Position numbers and translations under genes: made by a program. This document shows, in pieces, positions 15,115-29,205 of a stretch of 64,000 nt of DNA. The notes below the pieces were generated by a model that was not told where the DNA came from, searched no databases, and saw only the letters and a list, made by a program, of their open reading frames with translations. The stretch is from Eledone cirrhosa. Lineage: Eukaryota. Positions within the stretch are counted from its first letter, which is position 1, and every line of letters begins with the position of its first letter. The DNA lies in the NCBI GenBank assembly GCA_964016885.1, contig OZ024742.1:61194001-61258000 (forward strand), in the 5' to 3' direction.

Positions 15115-15597
15115 CCGAATTAGTGTGGTAGAGACGAGTACACATGTTGTTGAGGTGTTTAACTTTGTCAATACTCTGATATGCCCAGTTCCTGGTTGGG
15201 TTGTTATTTCACTGACGAACTGGAATCATATGAATTTAAACAAACGAATTTCAGCATCAAAGGGCCTCTTCTCCTCTCATTGGTCAGTTGTTAGAACATT
15301 CCTCATTCAAAAGTCTATAGAAATTCGTTCTGAGGCAAGCCAATCTGTAATGGTTGTTCTTGTTATTGTTAGGTACATCTGACTTCTATTCTTAGGTTGG
15401 TAGTGGTGTTGTTGTTGGAGTCAGCTAAAAAATGATAAGGTGGTAGAAGGAATAAGATGGTAAAGGAACAAAGTAAAATAAAAGAATCGAATAAAATGTG
15501 TGTGTGTTATACCCATCTCAATGTTATAAAGATTTGTAAGGTCACTCTTCCCATTGGTCAGTTTTGAAAGCATTCCTCAGTCAAAATTATTTTATTT

Positions 15598-15680
<83 letters not shown>

Positions 15681-15714
15681 CATATATATATTATATATAT
15701 ATACATATATATAT

Positions 15715-15746
<32 letters not shown>

Positions 15747-15814
15747 AGCAAAAGGGAAATTTAATTTGTTGGTAATTCAACAAATATATATGTTTGTAAA
15801 TATATATGTTTATA

Positions 15815-16122
15815 ACTGATGCGAAGCACTCAACAGATTTTCTGGAGTATAATATTCAATGATATATATTTATAAAATCATATTTATTCTGTTATATATA
15901 TCTCAAGGATACCAACACTTTCGTACGCTCTTATTAGATAAAATACAAAGTTTGTTTTATAAATATTGACATATCCAGGAAGAAGATCTTAACGGTTCAA
16001 GTTATTCCTGGAATAACTATCCAGGAATAACTTGAACCGTTGTATTTTATCTGATGAGAGCGTACCAAAGTTTTGGTACACTTGAAATATATATAATAGA
16101 ATAAATATGGTTTTATAAATAT
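15815..16122. mobile_element. Inverted pair of PLE pLTR fragments (family C) with central hairpin
   Basis: About 15865-15948 is a diverged inverted copy of 16040-16122; 22-bp arms at 15991-16012 and 16020-16041; related to 26960-27108. Confidence 0.7.
16043..16103 (+). ncRNA. Type I hammerhead ribozyme (family C)
   Basis: tattttat CTGATGA gag-c-gtacca..tggtac-a-ctt GAAA tatata TA atagaata. Confidence 0.8.
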
Positions 16123-16149
16123 AGATTCCATGTATTTTATATCATTGTA

Positions 16150-16340
16150 AGGGCGGTAGATTGGTAGTATCGGTAGGGATTGGACGCCATGCTTTCTAGC
16201 ATAGTTACGTCCCTTTACAGTCTGAGTTCAAATCCCGCCGAGGTTAACTTTGCCTTTCATCCTTACGGGGTCGATAAAATAAAGTACCAGTAATGTACTG
16301 GGTATTTGCTGTCCTTGTGCCTAAAATAGAAACAATCATT
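16150..16340 (+). mobile_element. tRNA-derived SINE (Nin/Deu domain)
   Basis: A-box-like TTGGTAGTATCGGTAG, B-box GAGTTCAAATCCC, and GCCTTTCATCCTTACGGGGTCGATAAAATAAAGTACCAG. Confidence 0.85.
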
Positions 16341-17475
16341 GTGTATATATATATATATATATATATATTGTCAGTATACTTCATTCGATAAAATAAAGGA
16401 TCACTTTATAGTGATGGATAGGTTGAACTGAAAAATCATCGGGCGGCGTGCCTTGTGCTATGTAGTTTGACGTTTTGGAATCTGATTCCGAATTTTACTT
16501 AAGATTATCTGGGAGTGGGGGTATTTTGTGATCAACCTTTAACTTCCTGTTAAAACACTGAAGACGTTTGAGCCTTGACAATCTCATGTTTTCATTTCAG
16601 ATATTCTGTATCAAGTACTAAGGCGTTTGTCTAACATAATCTTTTGAGTGTCAAATAGAAAGTGTTGGATATTTCTCCCGTTTTATTTAATTGAAAACCC
16701 ACTGATTTAAACTTTGCCATTCAACCTTTCTTTTTGACTTGGTAATGCAACGCTCCCTTCCCTCGAAATGTTTCGCTGGATCAAGGATGAGGGCGCCAAC
16801 ATGTTGCTGGCGATGTTCGCGACTACATGGCAACATAGTTACCTTAAAATATTAACGGATGCATAATACCAATTACCATGTTATATTCGATTGCGAATGA
16901 CAGTCGCTATTAATTTTCCTCTCTCGGATTACATTAAAAAAATCTGTACATCCTTTTTATACGTCGCTAATGTGTAATATACGGGAGACTTAGCTGCTAT
17001 TTCTATTAGGTTTAACAACTGAGAGGAATGAACCACCGTTCGTTTTGCCGATGTTTGGACCAATGGAACAACCCCCTCCTCGAGAAATTAACATGCCAGT
17101 GACTGAACATTGATCAGGTACGGGTACCTTTTCCTCAAAACTAAACACATAAACAGACACACACTCAAACATATATATATAAAAACAAATAACGAAACGA
17201 AATTAAATTTCGTTTCGTTTGTAACTCACTTTTGTATGACTGACGCTTAAACAATTAAGTTAAAAATGTACATCTACATATGCATACTGAAATACTAGTG
17301 TGTATATGAATACACACACGTATACATATGTAGGTGTACCAAGTCTTTCACTGGTCGCTTTACAGTGAGCGGCCCAGCTATTCTGTATGTAAACACACAG
17401 ACAAACCGGTTTTTAGAGTCATACTGGTTTTTCGGGGGAACACCTTCCCCCTATTCTCTAGAAAGCCAGACAAGG

Positions 17476-17520
17476 AATATTGAACTAGTTTCGTTGTTGT
17501 TACAACTCATCAGCAATATT
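17476..17520 (-). ncRNA. Minimal type I hammerhead ribozyme (family B)
   Basis: aatattg CTGATGA gttgt-aaca-acaac GAAA ctag TT caatatt. Confidence 0.9.
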
Positions 17521-17943
17521 TACCTATCTACCGGCCTTTCTGGAGAATTGTAAAAGCACATATCGTTATATGCTTTTTCTATGAAAATTAGTAGTGGGCA
17601 GACTAATTTGCATAGAGTGTGAGTACGCACCGGTTCAGCGGAGACGATAAAAACAAATAACGAAACGAAATTAAATTTCGTTTCGTTTGTAACTCACTTT
17701 TGTATGACTGACGCTTAAACAATTAAGTTAAAAATGTACATCTACATATGCATACTGAAATACTAGTGTGTATATGAATACACACACGTATACATATGTA
17801 GGTGTACCAAGTCTTTCACTGGTCGCTTTACAGTGAGCGGCCCAGCTATTCTGTATGTAAACACACAGACAAACCGGTTTTTAGAGTCATACTGGTTTTT
17901 CGGGGGAACACCTTCCCCCTATTCTCTAGAAAGCCAGACAAGG

Positions 17944-17988
17944 AATATTGACGTAGTTTCGTTGTTGTTACAACTCATCAGCAATATT
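17944..17988 (-). ncRNA. Minimal type I hammerhead ribozyme (family B), altered cleavage site
   Basis: Same as 17476-17520 but GAAA ctac GT caatatt. Confidence 0.75.
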
Positions 17989-18008
17989 TTTTTACTTAAA
18001 CTTAATTG

Positions 18009-18060
<52 letters not shown>

Positions 18061-18068
<8 letters not shown>

Positions 18069-18586
18069 TAAACGGAAAAGAAAATGATGACAAATTGTTC
18101 ACAGTGAAAAATAGTTTAATTAGGAATAAGTGAAAATTAGTAATAGTATTGGTTAGTATTCAGTTTTGGTTTTAAGTTTTACCGGTTGCGCATTTCTAAT
18201 GCTTTTCAAAAATAATTTTGAGATAGAGCGCCCGTGATGTTTGCTCTAATCTGATTAGTTTTGGAAATTCTACCTGTTTTATGTAAAAACAGTGGCTCCA
18301 GATGTATTAAAATAAGTTTCGCGCCAATTCGTGTTGCAAAAATTCTTGTGGTCAAAACAATTTTGATTGGTCGGTAGAGGTCATGTGAATGTTAAAAATT
18401 GATTTTGCGCCAAATGTAGGTTTGTGTCGGCTGATTGAGAAGTCACTGAAAAATAAGTCTTTCAAAACAAATATGTGTGTGTAGTAGTAGTAGTAGTAAA
18501 GAGGTTTGTTGTTGTGATAATGGTCAGCAGGGATGTGTGTGCGACCGCAGCCTGTTGACAGTTAAAATGCCTATTAAGACAAGTGT

Positions 18587-18641
<55 letters not shown>

Positions 18642-21600
18642 TGTGTGTGTGTGTGCGTGTGTGTGTTGAGCAGAGTAATTCGTGGTAGAGGGATGGTCAG
18701 TATGAATGTGTCTGTAAGTGTGTGGGGGATATTTTAACATGTTAAAAGATATTTTTCAGCACTTGTCTTATACGGAGAAGTGTGTGTGTGTGTGTGTATG
18801 TCTCTTTGTATGTTAATGTACGCGTGTGTATGTGTGTGTGTGTATATATGTGTGTGTGTGTATATATATATATGGGTGTGTGTGAGAATGCGTGTGTGTG
18901 TGTGTGTAGGTGGACCAGTATTTTTGTGATACTGGTAAAATGGTGTACATTATTCGATATTTTCAGTAAAAACGATTCCCTCAATAGAACATCAAAAACC
19001 TTAATAATAAAATTTGTGAAATGATATATAGTATTGGCATAATACCAAGGTGTGTGTGAGTGACCAGATTGTACGTACTGCAAGGGGAATTCACTAGGCC
19101 TTGCCGTATTGGAATACTTGTGTACAAATATGTATGTGCCCATCAGTGTTTAATGCATGTGTGCGTTTATGTATGCGTGTGTGTCGGCACGTTTATATCT
19201 ATAGACATCAAAAGGTATGCAAATTTGTGTATATTTATGTTGCACCATAGAACATGTGTGTTTACGTGTGTCATTGTGTTTATATGTGGATAGAGATGTA
19301 TGCTGATGCAGGTATTATGTTGACGTGTGTATGTTGTGGGTTCGTCTTAGGGAGAAGTGTTTAGACGGGGTCCGTTTTTGTTAATAAAGTGAGATTCCTT
19401 GCTGATGCGCTGGGTGTGGGTGGCATTATCTTTAAATTTGTAGAGGGGAAAGATTCTGAAGTTGGAATGATTTGGGGCCGCACAGGTATCAATGTGTTCA
19501 CTCAGTTGTATTTTCCTGAATTCCCGTATTTTAATTTGGTATCTATGCGTTGGCGGAGGCTGTTTTGGTCTGGCCTATGTATTGTTCTCGACAACCTGAG
19601 CAAGTTAATAGATATATTAGATTTTCTGATGCGCATGTGAAATTGTGTTTTACTATAAAACGTTGTCCTTCTTTGAAATAGAATTCCGAACCCTCTATTA
19701 GGTTGATGCATATGGCACAGTTGGGTCTATCGCATTTTTTTACTGTGGGTTTCGTTGTTGTGGTTGGCAGTACTTTGGCATGTGTTAGGATGTTTTTCAT
19801 TGACTTAGATTGTCTTTTGCTCTTTATGATATCGTGTGTTCGTAGGATCTGGTTCATTCTATGGTCCTTTTTCAACACAGGGATGTTCTGGAGGATGGTG
19901 TCAAAGGCCTCATTGTTGAGAGGGTTGTGTGTGGAAATGTATGGAAGAGCTTTAGTTTCGGTTGATTTACTTTAGGGTATCTAACGTCCTGGGTAGTGAG
20001 TTTTAGGGCACGTTGGATTCCATTGTCAATTAGTGATGCAGGGTTTCCCTGCCTATGAGTGTGTCCTTTAGTTCTTGTAGCCGAAAGTAGCAGGTGTTTT
20101 TATTGGAGACTATAGTACAGATTCTCTTGGCTAAGTTGTAGGGAATATTAATTTTAACGTGTCTAGGGTGGCAAGAGTTGAAAGGAAGATATTGCTTGGA
20201 GTCTGTGGGCTTGTAGTATATGTCTGTTTCTATTTTTTTGTTATGGATCTTAATGAGGATGTCGAGGAAGAGGAGTTGTTGATGGCTGTATTCCATCGTG
20301 AATTTAATATTCGTGTTGAGCCCATTTATAAGGGTGTGAAATCTTTTAAGTTTCTCGATGTTTTCGTGCCAAAGGATGAAGGAGTCATCTAGATATCGCT
20401 TCCAGTTCCTTTCTATGTGTAAGTGGAGAGTGTTTCCAAATATGTTTAGGACTTTAGTGTAGAGGGTGATTTCCAGGTATCCCATGACTAGGTTGGCATA
20501 AGTGGGGGCTGCTTTCGTTCCCATAGCGGTCCCAGATTTCTGCCTGTAGGGTTTGTTATTGAAAACGAACTAATTGTTCTCCAAGATAAATTTGAGTCCC
20601 TCTATCACGAATTCTTTTTTGATGCGTTGTGGGAGTTCATTGGGGTAATTATCCAGCCAGATTTGGATAGCTTCTATTCCTAGGTTGTGGGGGGATGTTG
20701 GAGTATAGGTTGACTACATCGAACGTCACTAGTAGGGTTTGTTCAGAAAGGGGCATATTAGGGAGGTGATTGAGCATATCTAGGTCGTCCCTTAAATAGC
20801 TTTTGATGTGTTTGAGAAAAGGCTAGAGAAGGGTATCAATGAAGTTGCTAAGGCGGTGGGTTTCGCAAGCGGGGCCTGCTATTATAGGTCTTAATTTGAG
20901 ATCATTGGGTGAGGGGACATTGATGACTATATCTGTGCCTTCCTTGCATGCCTTACTTATTAATTCGCTTTTATGTACTTTAGGGATACCGTAGGCTGGA
21001 TTTACTTGTGAAGTCTGTGATGAAGCTGAATTCCTTGTTAGTGAGTCCTTCTTTGTATTGGTTGATCAGAGTTTTTAGGTTTCTCATAATTTTCTGTTGA
21101 TTGTAGTGTTCAGCCTTTTCGTAGTATGTTTCGTTTTCCAAAGTGGAGAGCGCTAAGTTGATATAGAATTCTGTCTCCATTAGGACTACTGTACTCCCTT
21201 TATCAGCCTCTTTAATTGTAATGGTTCTGTCGGTTTTTAATCTATTTAATTCTTCCCATTCTTTCTTGTTGAGGTTTGGCTTGTGTTTTTGTCTGTGCTA
21301 GTGTTGGTAAGGGAAGTTTGTGATGTGTTCACAGAATTCGTCCAGGATTTTATTTCTACCTTTTGATGGGGTGTAATTGCTTCTATTTCTGGCTAATGAT
21401 TCATCCTCATTGTACTGGTCGAATAGTTCTTCACTGAGTCGTAACTTTCTACAGAAGTCTGTAATGTCTTCCTTCATTTCATAGTAGTTAGGACGTAGTG
21501 GGGTCGGTGTGAATTTAAGACCTTTGGATAGTAAGTTGATAAGGTTGGGTGTTGGTTCTGCACTAGTTAGATTGATAATTTTTATTACTCTCGGTTTCTC

Positions 21601-23330
21601 CTCCCTGTCTTGTGTTATTTTGTTTGCCTGTATCTGTGTGCTGTGTCTAAAAAATGGTTGGGGTAGAGGGGTTGTCTGCTGATGTTAAGTGGTCTCCTGT
21701 GTTTGTTATAGTCCTTGTTGTTGTAAAATGTGGTTCGGGTTTGTGGTTGTAGATTGAATGGGGTGTTCCTGTATTGCGAGTATGGATGTGTGTTTCTATG
21801 TGCCATGTTGGATTTTGGTGTTATAGGTGGCCTACGTTGTTGGTTGTATCATGTGATGTGGGTTTGTTGTGTATTGTAGAAGCGAGAGTTGAGAAAATGG
21901 AAATTACCTTGTTGTCCCCTTGAAGCGGGGAAGTTGTTACATCTATCATGGTGGTGGTATCTTTTCCCTATGTTTGACGATGAGGCATCCGCGTAGTAGT
22001 TGAGTGATTTGGTATGGTGTCTCCTTGAAGGGGGAAAGTTGTAAATGTCATTCTGGGGGAGATGATTTCTGGGGTTTTTGTTCCTTCTTATGGTAGCGAG
22101 GTTGGGAAGTTCATCTTCGGTGTGGTGCTTCCTTCTTCGTTTGTTAGTGGCTGGGGGGTTTGCGAAGTTGTTGGGCGGTTCGGTTATGGGTTTTCCTATT
22201 TTTATGAACGGGTGTAATCCGTTTGAAAAGTCGATTCATAGTGTAGGAACCAAGCGGCACTTTTTTCCCAGCGTTGAAGGGATTTCAGTTCTTCTCTCTT
22301 GCAGTCCCCTTTCCATAATTTAGAGATCTTCTCTACCTTGTGGCCTTCAGATTTATTGTTGATTTCCAGGATGATCTCTTCATCGATGGTTTTGATTTTT
22401 TCCTCATTTGTCTGGGCCCTCAATTTAAGAAGTTCAATTTCTGTCTTCATTTTTTCCAATGCCATTCTTTCCCTAAGGTGTCTTTGAGGTTCGGGTTCAT
22501 TTGCAATGGACTTTATTTGTATTTTACGGGGGAGAGTTAGAGGGGTTGAGTTAAGCCATTTTTCATATATCTCCGCTTTGTTGTGATTTTGTATCATCTT
22601 CCAGAATGAGAACTTTCTGTCTCTGAGGGATTTGTTCCATTTTGGAATTGTTCGAATTTTCATTTTGTATGAATCAATCTCACATGGTTCTTCGTTGGTT
22701 TTTCCTGGGTTGGTAGTAGTGAACATAGTTTGGATAGTATCGCAAAGGTTTTGAAGTTTATCGCCGGTTTCGGAGGGTTTGTATCCGGTGACGGTTTCCT
22801 CATTTGTGGAGTCAAGTTTGTCGACCAGCAAAGATAGGTTGGTGTTGATTTTCTTGAGTTCCTGTAGAATCTCTTCATTTGTGTTGATAAGAGTTGTATC
22901 TGTTTTTGTTGGCATTTTCTGTATCTCGTGTGAGGATATGATATTCAAAAGAATAGAGGTGTAACACACGCGTTATGATATATTGGTAAACGGAAAAGAA
23001 AATTCTGACAAATTGTTCACAGTGAAAAATAGTTAAATTAGGAATAAGTGAAAATTAGTAATAGTATTGGTTAGTATTCAGTTTTGGTTTTAAGTTTTAC
23101 CGGTTGCGCATTTCTAATGCTTTTCAAAAATAATTTTGAGATAGAGCGCCCGTGATGTTTGCTCTAATCTGATTAGTTTTGGAAATTCTACCTGTTTTAT
23201 GTAAAAACAGTGGCTCCAGATGTATTAAAATAAGTTTCGCGCCAATTCGTGTTGCAAAAATTCTTGTGGTCAAAACAATTTTGATTGGTCGGTAGAGGTC
23301 ATGTGAATGTTAAAAATTGATTTTGCGCCA
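18061..23330 (-). mobile_element. Penelope-like element 1 (Neptune-like), near full length, with direct pLTRs
   Basis: Direct repeats 18061-18412 and 22978-23330 flank a frameshifted ORF; both ends abut TA/TG microsatellite. Confidence 0.92.
19347..22969 (-). pseudogene. PLE1 polyprotein (RT plus GIY-YIG), frameshifted
   Basis: MGTKAAPTYANLVMGYLE, WKRYLDD, YYKPTDSKQYL..SCHP, KCDRPNCAIC, FTCASENLIYLLTCSGCREQYIGQT. Confidence 0.92.
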
Positions 23331-24766
23331 TATATATATGTGTGATTTTGCGCCACATATATATGTGTGTGTGTGTGTGTGTTTGTGTGTGTATCTATGT
23401 ATGTATAATATTTTTGTGTGCGTGTATGTGTATAAAGGCACATATTCGTGTGTATGGATAAATATTATCTCATATATCGTTTTAAAATACTTAACTTTCT
23501 CATTTCCTGCAGTTAGTTATTGCACCTTGCGTCTATTTTGTGCGGTTTCCCAGTGAAATTCTCATTCATCATGAACTTAATGGAAAACTGTGATTTCCGA
23601 GTACTTTCTAAACCATTAGCGTAGATATAATAAATAAACAGTTCATGTTTAGAATGTATTTAAGAAAATATATGAAGACGTTTTGTTTTCAGACCTTACA
23701 TGTTTAATTAGCGATAACAAAGCACAATGTGATTTAGAGTATATAAGCATAAATTATCACATTAAATATTACTACCGTACGTAGACAAACGCGAACGAAA
23801 GAATTTGAAATGTATCTCAACAATTAAATCTCTGTCACATGAAAAAAAAATTTGAAATGCTCAAAATATGGTAGGAAAAATTGAAAATGTCGTTTATTTG
23901 ATTTTTTTTAAATATCTGTGCTGCCATGTCTTCTTTCAAACAATGTAAAATTCTTAAAGAAAATATTTTGCCCAGTATATAATTGTCATTAGCTCAGCCA
24001 TTCTGTACGTAACTTCTTAAAACTGAATTTTAAGTGAGTTTGGTTGTGGGTTTTCGCCTTACGGTAAATACATCAGTATAGCATTTTGAAATATTTGACA
24101 TGTAGTCACTGAAAAATAAAATCACCATAAAATCTCATAAATGACACACAGGATTAAACCAAATGCCAAGAAAAAGGACAATAGTTTATTTCGAGAATAA
24201 TCAAACTTGGTAGGAGACTTCCAATTTTATTTTTATAACTATTGTTTTCAGACCTTACATGTTTAATTAGCGATAACAAGGCACAATGTGATTTAGAGTA
24301 TATAAGCATATGAAGGCTTATATCATTTGTACAAAGGATTAATATGCAACTAGTATTGTTGTGAGTATATTAAGCTGCGATCATATCACAGCTACTTCGG
24401 CCTCGGCGCAAGAGGGATGTATATATGTTTTGCAGAATTATTATTCTATAAAAGCAGTTGCTTGCCGACACCAAGATACTGAGGAATGAAAGACTTTAAA
24501 ATTGATTTTGTAAGCAAACCATTTGTGCTAAATGATTATTAACAATTAGTGCAAACATTACCGGCTAGTTTAATTACCGATAAAATTACCACAACGCACT
24601 TGAAAATACAGGCTTATAAATACCATTTACGAATAACGTTTACATATAACAAAATTAAATATATAATATGTAAACTAGATGTATTTAAGGTGCGAAAAAG
24701 TCACTGTTAAGTAAGCGTGCTCTATGACTACAACACACAGACACACAAACGCACACAGATAAATAA

Positions 24767-24800
<34 letters not shown>

Positions 24801-24908
24801 AGGGGGGGGGTGTTAGATAATTCCGAAGGAAAAGCAAAGGCAAAAAGAGTGATCTATGTATGGAACAGAGCTATTTAATTAGAAAGTTAACAACACAAAA
24901 TATAACTA

Positions 24909-24976
24909 CTCCATTACCAAAGGTTTCTGGATCCCAGACAATAATAATATACGTCTGGATCGGTCGTCAGGCAGAG
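24909..24976 (-). ncRNA. Degenerate type I hammerhead
   Basis: ctctgc CTGACGA cc-gatc-cagac..gtctg-g-gatc-ca GAAA cc-ttt-gg TA atggag; mismatches at the helix bases; module flanked by microsatellites. Confidence 0.55.
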
Positions 24977-25014
24977 AAGTTATGGATGAAAAATATTTTT
25001 TATCCATAACTTTC

Positions 25015-25068
<54 letters not shown>

Positions 25069-25687
25069 TATAAAACTAGTAAGCAATTAGAAGTTATTCT
25101 CAAGTTAAGAACACAATATTTTATTAAATCTCTAGAATATGTTATATACAGATTTATATTTAGACAAATACATAGACGTGTAAATGCCTATGTATATATA
25201 TATATAGTGAAAAATTGAACGGGAACAAAACAGAGAGGCAGTATATATATATATATATATTATTATATCATACTAGCAGAAAAACCACCCGTATGGTGGT
25301 TTTCTGCTAGCATGTGTAGTGTGTATATTGATATTATACACAAATATATATGCATGTAGATATGATACATCAAATAAAATCGTAATTGACAATATACACA
25401 GAAATTGAACGAAGTCTATGTTACACTGTCTTCTGTAATCAGTACCGTAATCCATGATACATTTTAAAAAAGACGATATTATATATAAACTGAATTAGGA
25501 GAAAATTAGCGACGGAAATATATGCGATATTTTTATAAGTGTTATAATATAACGGCCGCTAACCGGAAGTGTTGTTATTTGAACATTTTAAAGAAGTGAA
25601 TTTTATAGGTCTTTAAATAAGCTATAAAATATATTTAATCAAGAGCCCCGAAATTTAGCACATAAATTATGTAATATTCATTCATTA

Positions 25688-25878
25688 TGCGGTGGATTGG
25701 CAGTATCGGTAGAGCGTCGGACGCCATGCTTTGAAGCATAGAGTTACCATTCTGTATGATCTGGGTTCAAATCTCGCCGAGGTTAACTTTTCCTTTCATC
25801 CTTCCGGGTTTGATAAAATAAAGTACCAGTAATGCAGTGGGCGATTGCTGGCCTTGTGCCAAAAGTAGAAACAATTAT
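25688..25878 (+). mobile_element. tRNA-derived SINE (Nin/Deu domain)
   Basis: Homologous to 16150-16340. Confidence 0.85.
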
Positions 25879-26809
25879 TTATTCAAAGTAATCCTATTTT
25901 ACAAACGGGGTAAAAAAAATATATTCTGGACGCAATCCTGCACTCCTTTCTTTATTATAGTTAAAATTATATTATATTATATTATATGGCATACAGTTGC
26001 ACTGTTTCCGTATGGAGACATATATACGTCAATATTTTACGCAATATATGTTTATTTGTTTCCATATTTATTCAATAATATTTGCCTGTTACACCACAAC
26101 ATAACGTCAATAGTATCGGGAAATTGATATCCCGCTAATTAAATTTTAACATTGGCAAAATTACGTCTGGAGTGGTGAGAGTGGTAGATAGAGTGATCGA
26201 GAGAGTAAAGCAGAGGTAAAGAGGTAGTGTGAAAGGCTGTGTACGGGATAGTGATGGAGAGAGTAGAAAGGAGAGAGTAGAACATTTTGATGAAGGGGAA
26301 AGACATAGAGAGGGAAAGACATAGTAGTGGAGAAAGAGAGATTAGGAGAGACCATTGGAAAGAGCAAGGGAAAGAATTTATGTTATGCGAGAAAACAATA
26401 CCAGCTAGTTAAATATTTCAGTATATTCTTACCTTATCAGCCATTTAGCACGATAAAGTAGATTGAGCTTGAATTGCTGGAAATCTATAAAATGCAAATA
26501 TAAGATGAGTGATTTCTCATACACACCAACATGCACATGTACATACATACGTACACACGCATGCATACATGCATACAATCTTACATACATACATAATGCA
26601 TACATACATACATACATACATACATACATACATACATACATACATACATACATACGAACGTAAGCATGTATGTATGTGAATATTAAGAACTAGCTATTAA
26701 ATAGAAACTACTCAAGAAAGTATTAAATGTCACGAATTAATTTTAGTCATTTATATTATTCATGACATTCAGCTGAATGTCTCACTGTACGTCTATAGAA
26801 ACATATATA

Positions 26810-29201
<2,392 letters not shown>

Positions 29202-29205
<4 letters not shown>

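Larger units (their letters stand above)
17180..17989 (-). mobile_element. Head-to-tail 1.7-mer of a 468-bp non-coding HHR unit (family B; retrozyme-like)
   Basis: 17180-17521 matches 17648-17989 (offset 468) except for 2 nt; one HHR per unit; (TA)n on both sides. Confidence 0.85.

Noticed and set aside
16150-16240. tRNA-like A/B boxes
   Set aside because: SINE heads with no cloverleaf; not tRNA genes
17180-17989. CRISPR-like or satellite interpretation of the tandem
   Set aside because: No repeat-spacer structure, only 1.7 units, and dispersed relatives exist
25272-25312. 40-bp palindrome with CTAG ends
   Set aside because: Possibly a Helitron-type terminus, but no matching other end could be defined
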